Below are positions 41,801 through 54,300 of a DNA stretch of 64,000 bases, piece after piece. Each line of letters begins with the position of its first letter. Within the stretch, counting starts at the first letter, position 1. Below the pieces are notes generated by a model that worked only from the letters and a program-made list of their open reading frames with translations, had not been told where the DNA came from and did not search any database. The stretch is from Phoronis australis (taxonomy: Eukaryota > Animalia > Phoronida), in assembly GCA_002633005.1 (NCBI GenBank), contig NMRA01000249.1:115004-179003 (forward strand), read 5' to 3'. The translations under genes and the position numbers were made by a program.

Positions 41801-44800
41801 AACCATTGACAAACATGTTGCTCCCAGCTCACTGCTGGTTTCATCTCCACCCAACAATTTTGCATGTGTTCTTCATTCAATGCACCAGGCTACTAGCAAA
41901 GCAGACAATTGTTTAGTGCAGTGGGTGTTACACAAGTGAGAAGAAGAAAGCAAGGCAATTCATCACTACCTCAAAATCGTAATACAATTTCATTATTTCT
42001 TAGACATGCCAGTATAGGGCTCAATCCCACTCTCCCACTCACCAACAGTTGCAAGTCACTTGCTAATATGTAGAATAGCTCACAACTTACAAAATGAAGT
42101 AACACTGAGTATATCATCACATATAACTGGTCAAAGTTCAAAATGTCATGACAAAAAATTAAGAGGTACTGAACAGCAATCAAAATATTCACTACCCACA
42201 TAGCTTCATACAAAACTGAATTAAAAAGAATTGGATGATAAAAGCAAAATTTTATTTTATATACCCACTGTTCCAATTATCAATAACAGTAAATATTTCA
42301 GGTAAGTTAAAGCCAGGCCACAAGATCATATCTGATACCTAGCCTCAACTGGGGCTTAAATTAATCACAATCTCCAAAAACGTACAAAATATGCAACACA
42401 TACACCAACCACTACAACAAGAAAATCTGACCAACCTTGTCACTCTCTATTAATTCACTAGTAAATAACAGCACTTTTCGCCAAATAAATGCGTTATAAA
42501 TAAAGCTGAAAACTAATTTACTCACAGAGGTGTTTGTTATCGAGAAGCAAAATGATATGGATAGCTTGGGTTTAACAAAATTTAGCCCATTATTCAGACT
42601 CTGAATGATCCATCAGTTTCACTTTGACTCTCTCCAAATCAAAGGCTAACCATTCATAAAATGTTTCAATCTGATCAACCTTGGTAAAATAGGAAAACCA
42701 AATTTTGACTAATTGTCCTTTCTACACGTGATGTTTCAGTACTTGCTTTGTGAGACGATAATTAGAAATGCAAAAAAGCCTATTCCAGAGCTGTAATATA
42801 ATTTCCGGAGAACTTTTTGACCTTGACATCTTCATTTTTGGCGGATTCGGGACATCAAATATTGTTCGGGCACTGCAGTCAATACACGCTTCATTCGTGA
42901 ACATGGACTCCTCGAAGTGATGAGAGCATAACTTGCAGTTCTTGGACAAATAGGCTGCATCTCTATTCATAAGGTCAGCTCCCAGAGCGTGCACCTGAAC
43001 AGAAATCATTGACTGAGAGACTCAGGAACAAACCTCATACTCACTAGGTTCACAGAAGACTGGTAGCCTACACTAAAGTACACTACACTACAGAATTCCT
43101 GTCGTACTGTGATTGTGATAGAGAAAAATCGTTTTGGTGTCAACTGAAAAAAACTCGGACTCAAATGTCGATCCACGGATATTTTAACAGGGCTGCGCCC
43201 CCGCATCATTGACACATAGAATTAAGTTTTCAATGACGCACTGCTTAACTTAATTGGTACAACTAGCACATTAATATTATGTTGATTTTTTCACCTTTTC
43301 ACCGAAACCCACAGATTCTCTAACTTGACTCATGACAGACTTGTGGCCCTGTGGCTCTGGATTATGCCATGGCCATGTCACCAGTTATATTACCCACGGC
43401 CATGGGCATGGGTATGTTTTCCTAAAATTATCCCTGCGATCGTACGGGTGACATTTTGGTTTGGAATTCATGGACTGCAAGTATCCAAAAAGCTGACGAT
43501 CACATCGTACCTTCATCATAGTCCTTCCGCCGGCAGCCCGGCTGTACAGTAGGCCTAGCATACACTGCAGACAACAGTGGCAACGGAACTGCGATCGACT
43601 TGTCTAACAACCGTGAACAGAATACACAAAATGAAAGGCAATGTATCATATTATTGAATAACAGATAATTCTTACCTTTCTGGATCCTTAGGAAACCTAA
43701 AAAATGACACGTCTGGGGTTTTCGTGCATGAATTCATGCAATTTATCGCACTGCAAAATGCGTCCTTCCCCATTGTTTTGGCGCTTCCTGGTTGACAGTT
43801 GCTTAGTCACCACTTGGCGGCGCTAGTAGTAGCGGTAACAGCGAACTCACAAGTGAACTCTCCTACACTACTACACTCCTTGGTTCCACCAATATTATAC
43901 ACATCACTACAGTACACAGTAACCGTTTGTATTAACCGAAAACTCTAACAATATACTATGCACAATGACAACTCGGCCCTGAAAACACAGGGTTTGCTGT
44001 CCCAAAGTAAAACGACACCAACAAGTAAGTTCGATTCTGCAACATTCTAATAACACATAATAAATACACAATGCAACAAAATTACCGCTGAATGTAAACA
44101 TATAGAACACTCCGTGGCAAACCGACGTACTATCTAATCAAGACCTGCAAATGAGTGGGAATAAAATCCACCACGGCTCGAAAAAAATTCACCTACGTTC
44201 ACGTTATAAGAAACTGAGTCAATGAAAAATGGTTCTATTATAGAGCTAAATTAAATTCAAGCAGCTACTATAAATTCCAAGGAATTGTTTTCCCATGCAA
44301 GCCAAGTTGGATGATGTGTTGCAAAACACTTGCACAACAGGCTAGTGAAGACCTTAATTTAGTCAAGTCTTATTTATACAAATTGGGACCAAATAGAAAT
44401 GTAAAAAATAGCATTAAAATTATTTGACTCTACGGTGGCACCTATTCTGTTTTATGGTGTAGAATTGTGGGGTACAACCCGCAGAAAAGAAATAGAAAGT
44501 GTTCAGCTTGCGTTTTGTAAATGGTTATTACGTAAAGCTATCAAGACAACAAATGTTATTGCAAAAGGTGAATGTGGACGTTTCGATGTGTGCGACATAT
44601 ATGAGCTATTTTAAACTGTTGAAAATTAATGACGATAGCGTGCTAAGACAATACACAATGCTGCCTGAAAACGATTCGAAAGGTCAAAAGAACTAATGTA
44701 CCTTACTAAAAATGTAGTTTTCACAACCAGGTTTTGTTGTGTGTGGTTGCAACAAGGTGTTGGTGACGAAATGATTTTTTTAATTTCTTTTAAACAAGGG

Positions 44801-45307
44801 CTAAGTGATATGAATGTTCAATTGTGGTTGTCTTCACTTGCAAATACGGATGAATGTAATTTTTACCGTTCAATTAAATCTGAATTAACACGTGAAAAGT
44901 ATTTATGTGGCAGCCTGTCCTTAAATCAATTACTTGCAATAGCAAATTTGAGGTGTTCGACGCATCAACGTATGATTGAGTTGGAAAGAAGAAACAACAT
45001 ACCTGGATCAGACAGAATTTTTAAACTTTGTATCGCTGATTAAATTGAAACAGAGATACACTTCTTATTCGATTGCCATGTCTTACTGACCTACAGAAAT
45101 ATCTATTACCACAATGTACTGTTAGAAATAAAAAAATAAAGCACTGTTACATTCAGACTCTATGTATGTGTTAAGAAATACAGCATCCTTCATTCAAAAA
45201 GCAATGGCAATTACGAGCGAAATTAATAGTATTTGATATGGCAAGATTATACTGTTTGAATATTAATATGTTGAACTGTGATCCAATGAAAATAAACGTT
45301 TTGTTGT

Positions 45308-45350
<43 letters not shown>

Positions 45351-48300
45351 CAACGGTGCACCTATCCCACAAATTCCCCCAGCGCATGTCGGTTAACCGC
45401 CTAACAAATCACTAAGTACTCTAGCTGAACCACGGTATTTTTTAGATAAGTTAAAGTTGTTTTAGAAATAAAACAACTGGGAACTGCTTTCCATCTCAAT
45501 CCTATCTTAGATCGGCATCAATATACGTCATCCGTCACATTAATTTAGTCATACCGCAAATGAGTCAGAAAGTGGATTCACATTGGAAGCACGCGCTTAA
45601 ATGTCCAACAGTAATTACCCGGCCACTTGCCAAGACAGATTTTCTCTGCTTTAACGTTTCAGGTCACCCTGCATAATGGCAACCATCGAAACTCATCAGA
45701 TCGCGTCGTGTTCATTGAAACTGACTGTCTTACACCTAAAATAACGTCTCATCGTAAGATTGACCGGACCATTCTTAGAGAGCAAATCACAGATTCAGAG
45801 CAAATCACAGATTCAGAGCAGTTGGGTATCTCAATCAATGGTGTGAATGGACAACACGCCACCGAAAAAATCGCCCACATAAACACTGAGCACCCTTCAA
45901 AAACGAACCTGGTCTCGGAAAACGTAGCACCCAAAATTACGAGACCTAATGTAATATTCTTACTCTGACAGTCTCCTAGAAGTATGGAAAATGCAGTTAT
46001 CAGGTACAATATGCAGTAAAAACCGACAGCGTTGAATATATAATACATGAAGATACTACCTGAGGAAGTTCCTAAAAACCATACGATACACTGTACAGTA
46101 CGTGAGACTGATATGGAGAACACCCTGTTTACTACAAGATTAAGGATTTACGAAAACGTGTTCTTGCATGTGGTTTCAATCTTCGTGCAGGCACAAAGAA
46201 TATCAACGCTAAACAACAACTACTGTACATGTACATGTACATGTATGTCAATGTACATGTATGTCAACACTACGAACTGATGGACGGATGGTGGCATTCT
46301 CGATATCATATGTTCTCTGAAGAATTTTGCAACACTCACTTTACCTGGAATCCAAGACCAAATTGCAATTTAGGAGAACAGGAACAGGTAAAATTTCAAT
46401 TTTCAGAATAACAGTCGTCTCAGATGAAGATAACCACACATTTCATTTCTCAAACCACCAATATACCTAGACATGAGACATTGATGCAAGTGCGAGCCAT
46501 CAACGAATCACCGGAACATTCCGCAAACTTATTCCCTGACGTTGAATTACACATCCTTGTTCTTATCTGAATTCCCCCTCCGCAGCTGGCGTTGCAGTGG
46601 CTCCACGAAGTCCAATCAGACCAACTAGTGTTTTCTGAAAAGTGAAAGTACGTGTTGAACATCACAGTCTTCTTTTTACATATACCAACACCTAATAGAT
46701 TGAATCTACGCTTAATTTGGCTTGTTTACTTGCAATTGCACCAATAACTCATCCTATGTCCTGACACCTGTTTGGTAAAAGATGAATTATTTGCAAGGGT
46801 AGAGCTTATGTCAAGTTTTTTACTTTAAGAAAATTTTAAGAAGCAATAGATTGAAGACAATAGCTTCAAAACTCTGATATTTTTATATTTCCAGCGCTGG
46901 CACAATTTAATTCACATGCTAATAAAAGCTTCTGGAAAGTTTTTTTTGGAGAGGAAATTTTATTAAATAGTGTACTGCTTTGGAGTATAAAATAACGCAT
47001 TTAGGTATTAACAAGTTATTTCATGTCTGCTTTTTAAAGGAATTAATGTACATTTTGCAATAGTTCAGCGAGATGACAACACAAAGCATAGGCAGCGGGT
47101 ATGTACACTTGAAGGAAAGAAGGTTAAACTGGCAGACGCCACTGATGAAGAAGTACAGCGCGGTTTGTTCGTAATTGATCACACATCAAAAGCATCAAGG
47201 AAAATAATACAGAGCTGGTGGTTCATGTCACATAGTGTATTACGAGAGAGACCCCAGATGCAAAACGCGGATCCATTCAGTCTATGAAAGTTGAGCTAAA
47301 CCAACCGTTAATTATTAAGGTTAGGACCGCTAAACGTATTGTATTTGGTGTTCATGTGCCATTATAAACCTGCACTGTGGCTTTTGTTTGAGACCACTCA
47401 CCGCCGAGAAATTTGGACTGAACATTTCCTTTCTCAGATGAGCACTAATTTCTGTGTTTGCAATAAACTGAAACTTTGTTAATTCTCGTGAAACGATGCA
47501 GAGCAGATAGAATGACAAGACAACACGAACCAATTTACATATCCTGATTGCAATCAATAACTATCCGTCATTTGGAATCCCTGACACAGTCTCCAAACGA
47601 CCAAGGTGCACCACGAAACCGTTTTAGTAACTATAAATATTAAAACGTTCTATCCGCCTTCTCACAGAACTCCAAGAGCAAATTTCAATTTAAGAGAACA
47701 CGCTCAGCTACATTTAGATGAGGGACATGTATTGCTAAATAAATTTTATAAAAATTTCGGAATAACAGTCGTTGTCTCAGATGAACATAACCAACCATTT
47801 CATTTCTCAAACCCCCACTATACCTAGACATGTGAAATTGTTGCAAGCGCGAGCCATCAACGAATCACCGGAACATTCCGCAAACTTATTCCCTGACGTT
47901 GAGTTACACTTCCTTGTTCTTATCTGTATTCCCCCTCCGCAGCTGGCGTTGCAGTGGCTCCACGAAGTCCAATCAGACCAACTAGTGTTTTCTGAAAATT
48001 TAAATGCCAGGGTTAATCATCACAGTCTTCTTTTAACATATACCAAAACTTGATCAAGTAAATCCCCGCATACAGTGTAAGTTGACTTGTTTTCTTGCTA
48101 TTACACCATTAGCACTTCCTATCTTCTAACAGCTGCTTGGTAAAAGATTATTTAATTTCAAGGGGAGACTTAAGTTGAGTTTCTTACCAGAGGAAAATTT
48201 CAAAAACATAGATTGCAGATAACAGCTCTAAAACTCTGATATTTTTACGATGTTTCCAGCGGTGGCACAATTTACTTTGTATGCTAATATCAGCTTCTGG

Positions 48301-51300
48301 AATATATTTTGGACGGAAAAATCTATAGTGTGCTGCTTAGGAGTACAAGCATTTAGGTATTCACAAGTCGTTACATGTCTGCTTTGTAAAGGAATTAAAG
48401 TACATTTTCCAATACTTCAGCGAGATAATGACACAAATCATAGCCAGTATTGTACACCAGAAGTAAAGAAGGGTAATCAGGCTGACGCCGCTGTTGAAGA
48501 AGTACATCGTGGCTTGTTCGTAATTGATCACAGGTCACATGCACTGATGATGATAATACAGAGTTTGTACATATATTCATGTGACATATTCGTTAAGAGA
48601 GACTTCGGAGGGAGAAGTCGGATTCCTTCAGTTTACAAAACTTTGCTGACCTAACTCAGTAGTGTCGTTTATTAAGATCTCGACCGTTTTGGTAACGGTA
48701 AGTAGTCAGATGTCCTATCCGCCATTTCTTGGAACTCCTGCACCGAATTGCGGCATAAGAGAACGGGCTGAGGTACATTTAGATAAGGAAATTCATTGTT
48801 AAATAATTTTTATTCAATTTTAGAATAACAGTCGTCGTCTCAGATGAAGATAAACACCCATTTTATTTCTCAAACCCCCATTATACCTAGACATGTGAAA
48901 TTGTTGCAAGCGCGAGCCATCAACGAATCACCGGAACATTCCGCAAACTTATCCTCTGACGTTGAGTTACACTTCCTTGTTCTTATCTGTATTCCCCCTC
49001 CGCAGCTGGCGTTGCAGTGGCTCCACGAATTCCAATTAGACCAACTACTGTTTTCTGAAAATTTAAATGCCGGGTTAAACATCACAGTCATGCATATACA
49101 GTTGTTTCAAACCTGATCGAGTGAATCCACGCATACTGTGTAAGTTGACTTGTTTACTTGGTATTACACTATTAGCACTTTCTATGTTCTAACATGTGCT
49201 TGGTAAAAGATTAATTAATTTCTAGCCGAGATTTAAGTCACGTTTTTACTAGAGAAAAATTTCAAAAAATATACATAGATTGTAGACAACTGCTTCAAAA
49301 CTCTGATATATTTACGATATTTCCAGGGGTGGCACAATTTACTTTGCATGATAATATCAGCTTCTGCAAAGTATTTTTGGACGGGAAAATCTAGTATATA
49401 ATGTACTACATAGGAGTACAAAATAAAGCACATAGGTAATATCAAATCGTCACGTCTACCTTGTAAAGAAATTATAGTACATTTTGCAATAGTTCAGAGA
49501 GATAATGACACAATTCATAGCCAGTATTGTACACCAGAAGTAAAGAAGGGTAATCAGGCTGTCGCCGCTGTTGAAGAAGTACATCGTGGCTTGTTCGTAA
49601 TTGATCACAGTTCACATGCACTGACGATAATAATACAGAGATTGTACGTATAGTTCATTTGACATAGTCGTTAAGAGAGACCCCGGATGCAGAAGGCGGA
49701 TCTATTCAGTTTACAAATTTGATCATCTCACTGTCTTTTATTAAGGTCTCGACCTCTCAATGTATTTGGTGTTAAGGTGGCATTATAAAACTGCATTGTC
49801 CCTACGACGCCAACTTTTGTTTTAGATCACTAGTTATCGGCAAGAAATTTGGTCTGAACATTTCCTAACTCATATGAACAATAATTTCTGTGTTTGCAAT
49901 GAACTGAAATTTCGTTATTTCTCGTGATACAATGTGGAGCGGATAAAATGACACGACAAGACAAGCCCACTTGTATATCCTGATTCCATGCAATAATTAG
50001 TCGTCATTTTTAAGCCCTGACAACCGTCTCTAATTCACTAAGGTGCACCATGAGACCGTTTTGGTAACGGTAAATGGTTAGATATCCTATCCGCCTTCTC
50101 ATGGAACTCCCATACCAAATTGCAATTTAAGAGAACAGGTTCGGGTACATTTTGATGAGGAAATTTATTGCTAAATAATTTTATTCAATTTCAGAAGAAT
50201 AGTCATTGTCTCAGATGAATAAAACATCCCTTCCATTTCTCAAACGCCCATTATACCTAGACATGTGAAATTGTTGCAAGCGCGAGCCATCAACGAATCA
50301 CCGGAACATTCCGCAAACTTATTCCCTGACGTTGAATTACACTTCCTTGTTCTTATCTGTATTCCCCCTCCGCAGCTGGCGTTGCAGTGGCTCCACGAAG
50401 TCCAATCAGACCAACTAGTGTTTTCTGAAAATTTAAATGCCAGGGTTAATCATCACAGTCTTCTTTTAACATATACCAAAACTTGATCAAGTAAATCCCC
50501 GCATACAGTGTAAGTTGACTTGTTTACTTGCTATTACACCATTAGCACTTCATATCTTCTAACAGCTGCTTGGTAAAAGATTATTTAATTTCAAGGGGAG
50601 ACTTAAGTTGAGTTTCTTACCAGAGGAAAATTTCAAAAACATAGATTGCAGATAACAGCTCTAAAACTCTGATATTTTTACGATGTTTCCAGCGGTGGCA
50701 CAATTTACTTTGTATGCTAATATCAGCTTCTGGAATATATTTTGGACGGAAAAATCTATAGTGTGCTGCTTAGGAGTACAAGCATTTAGGTATTCACAAG
50801 TGGTTACATGTCTGCTTTGTAAAGGAATTAAAGTACATTTTGCAATAGTTCAGCGAGATAATGACACAAATCATAGCCAGTATTGTACACCAGAAGTAAA
50901 GAAGGGTAATCAGGCTGACGCCGCTGTTGAAGAAGTACATCGTGGCTTGTTCGTAATTGATCACAGGTCACATGCACTGATGATGATAATACAGAGTTTG
51001 TACATATATTCATGTGACATATTCGTTAAGAGAGAATTCGGAGGGAGAAGTCGGATTCCTTCAGTTTACAAAACTTTGCTGACCTAACTCAGTAGTGTCG
51101 TTTATTAAGATCTCGACCGTTTTGGTAACGGTAAGTAGTCAGATGTCCTATCCGCCATTTCTTGGAACTCCTGCACCGAATTGCGGCATAAGAGAACGGG
51201 CTGAGGTACATTTAGATAAGGAAATTCATTGTTAAATAATTTTTATTCAATTTTAGAATAACAGTCGTCGTCTCAGATGAAGATAAACACCCATTTTATT

Positions 51301-54300
51301 TCTCAAACCCCATTATACCTAGACATGTGAAATTGTTGCAAGCGCGAGCCATCAACGAATCACCGGAACATTCCGCAAACTTATCCTCTGACGTTGAGTT
51401 ACACTTCCTTGTTCTTATCTGTATTCCCCCTCCGCAGCTGGCGTTGCAGTGGCTCCACGAATTCCAATTAGACCAACTACTGTTTTCTGAAAATTTAAAT
51501 GCCGGGTTAAACATCACAGTCATGCATATACAGTTGTTTCAAAACCTGATCGAGTGAATCCACGCATACTCTGTAAGTTGACTTGTTTACTTGGTATTAC
51601 ACTATTAGCACTTTCTATGTTCTAACATGTGCTTGGTAAAAGATTAATTAATTTCTAGTCGAGATTTAAGTCACGTTTTTACTAGAGAAAAATTTCAAAA
51701 AATATACATACTTTAGATTGTAGACAACTGCTTCAAAACTCTGATATATTTACGATATTTCCAGGGGTGGCACAATTTACTTTGCATGATAATATCAGCT
51801 TCTGCAAAGTATTTTTGGACGGGAAAATCTAGTATATAATGTACTACATAGGAGTACAAAATAAAGCACATAGGTAATATCAAATCGTCACGTCTACCTT
51901 GTAAATAAATTATAGTACATTTTGCAATAGTTCAGAGAGATAATGACACAAATCATAGCCAGTATTGTACACCAGAAGTAAAGAAGGGTAATCAGGCTGA
52001 CGCCGCTGTTGAAGAAGTACATCGTGGCTTGTTCGTAATTGATCACAGTTCACATGCACTGATGATAATAATACAGAGATTGTACGTATAGTTCATTTGA
52101 CATAGTCGTTAAGAGAGACCCCGGATGCAGAAGGCGGATCTATTCAGTTTACAAATTTGATCATCTCACTGTCTTTTATTGAGGTCTCGACCTCTCAATG
52201 TATTTGGTGTTAAGGTGGCATTATAAAACTGCATTGTGCCTACGACGCCAACTATTGTTTTAGATCACTAGTCATCAGCAAGAAATTTGGTCCAAACATT
52301 TCCTTATTCAGATGAATAATAATTTCTGTGTTTGCAATGAACTGAAATTTCGTTATTTTTCGTGATACACTGTGGAGCGGATAAAATGACATGACAAGAC
52401 AAGCCCACTTGTATATCCTGATTCCATGCAATAATTAGACGTCATTTTTAAGCCCTGACAACCGTCTCTAATTCACTAAGGTGCACCATGAGACCGTTTT
52501 GGTAACGATAAATGGTCAGATGTCCTATCAGCCTTCTCATGGAACTCCATTACCAAATTGCACTGTAAGAAAACAGGTTCGGGTACATTTAGATGAGGAA
52601 ATTTATTGCTAAATAATTTTATTCAATTTCAGAAAAATAGTCATTGTCTCAGTTGAAGATAACAACCCTTTCATTTCTCAAACACCCACTATACCTAGAC
52701 ATGTGAAATTGTTGCAAGCGCGAGTCATCACAGAATCACCAGTACATTCCGCAAATTTATCCCCTGTCTTTAAATTACACTTCCTTGTTCTTATCTGTAT
52801 CCCCCCTCCGCAGCTGACGTTGCAGTGGCCCCAGGAAGTCCAGTTAGACCAATTACTGTTTTCGGAAATGTAAAAGAACAGGTTAAACATCATAGTTATC
52901 TTTTTACAGTGATTCAAAAACTTGATCCACCGAATTCACGCATAATTTAATTTGGTTACTTGCTATTATACCATTAGCCTTCCCTTTAATAAATCAAGCA
53001 AATATTCATCTTACGGACCAGTACCTGATTGTGTCTCAGAATGGACCCAATCTCTGGTAAGTTATTTCCGAACTAGCGTTATTTACATGTACATGTATAG
53101 GTGTCGTCTGACGAGATTTTGAATAAAGTTTTCGATCAATCTCCAAACCTTTGTGAGTAGACGAGAGAACAAGAGATATTTTTGTTACACATGTCTATGT
53201 TCATCAGTGGTAGTTAGTATCTACACTTATCAATAGGCTTCACGACAGCAAGGATCAATTGCTACCTGAAAAGTGACTTTACGCTGAAAATAAAGATTTT
53301 CTCTTCCACCCGAAACAACTATTTCTGAACAACAATTTCACATCATCTCAGCAAAAGTTCATAATCTATGTGAAAACCCATCAATTGCTTTATTGAGATA
53401 TTTTTCATAAATCATGTCTACACTGTTATATGTTAACAGCTACTTGGTAAACGATTAATGAATTGCAAGGTAAATTTTCATGAAGCCTTTCATGTAGATT
53501 GTCATCAAGGGAGAGTTAAGCAGGACCTAAATAAATATGAGCACTCCCCTAGAACTTTCGCATTATTTCCAGGTTCTCATTCACTCCGTCGCATACACTC
53601 GCTTGGACAACCGAGCTCAGAGGAGTAAGCGACACATTTAGACCTAGCTAAAATCTAGCCAAGATCACATGTTCTCAATTAAAATACACGGGAATATCTC
53701 GTGTAATCTCGCAAAATCTTGCTTCCTACACTTACTGAACTCTACCCAGATTTATAAGTCCGATACTTTCACTTTATTCCCACCCGTGGCGGACTTTACT
53801 ATGCTAAAACCAACTTCCGGTCGGTGTTTTCGGACAAGAAATTCTGGTATCTAAATTACGTCCCACTCCAGGAGGACGTAATATACAGTAAAGGTTTTCG
53901 GAACTGACAAGTCGTTCAACTACTACTTTCAAGATTCAAAGTACATTTCGCAGTACTTCAGTAAGAATTCGAAAGTCGAGTTCTGCCGACAAAAATCAGT
54001 CATCTTGTGTTTATAACGGAAGAAAAGCAGGCTAAATCGTCACTTGCAGGTGCCAATATTGAAGAATGATTTGCTTGTTCGTATTTACCACACATCATGT
54101 GTATTGAGTACGATTATTCAGAGTCGGTGATTCATGTGACTTTGGTTGTGAGGAGAGAGACCTCAGATTATGAACGATGCTGACTCAACCTTTGTTGATA
54201 AACAGTCTGGATCCTCCATTGTATTGGCATCAAGGTGACTTTAAACCTGCATTGCACTAAAGAAGCCATACTTAGAATGAGTCCATTCACTCTCAAGAGA

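Larger units (their letters stand above)
47820..52694. repeat. Near-identical direct duplication of a ~2.43-kb unit containing two TSP1 exons
   Basis: Exon offsets 47824>50257 = 2433 and 48887>51319 = 2432. The introns match almost base for base (e.g. near-identical ORFs 48250..48654 and 50683..51087). Confidence 0.95.

Noticed and set aside
45171-45353. Poly-Thr ORF as a mucin-like exon
   Set aside because: It is the reverse reading of the (TTG)n tail of the RTE-X fragment, with no fitting splice sites.
45779-45820. 18-bp tandem duplication agagcaaatcacagattc
   Set aside because: An ordinary local slippage duplication in an intron.
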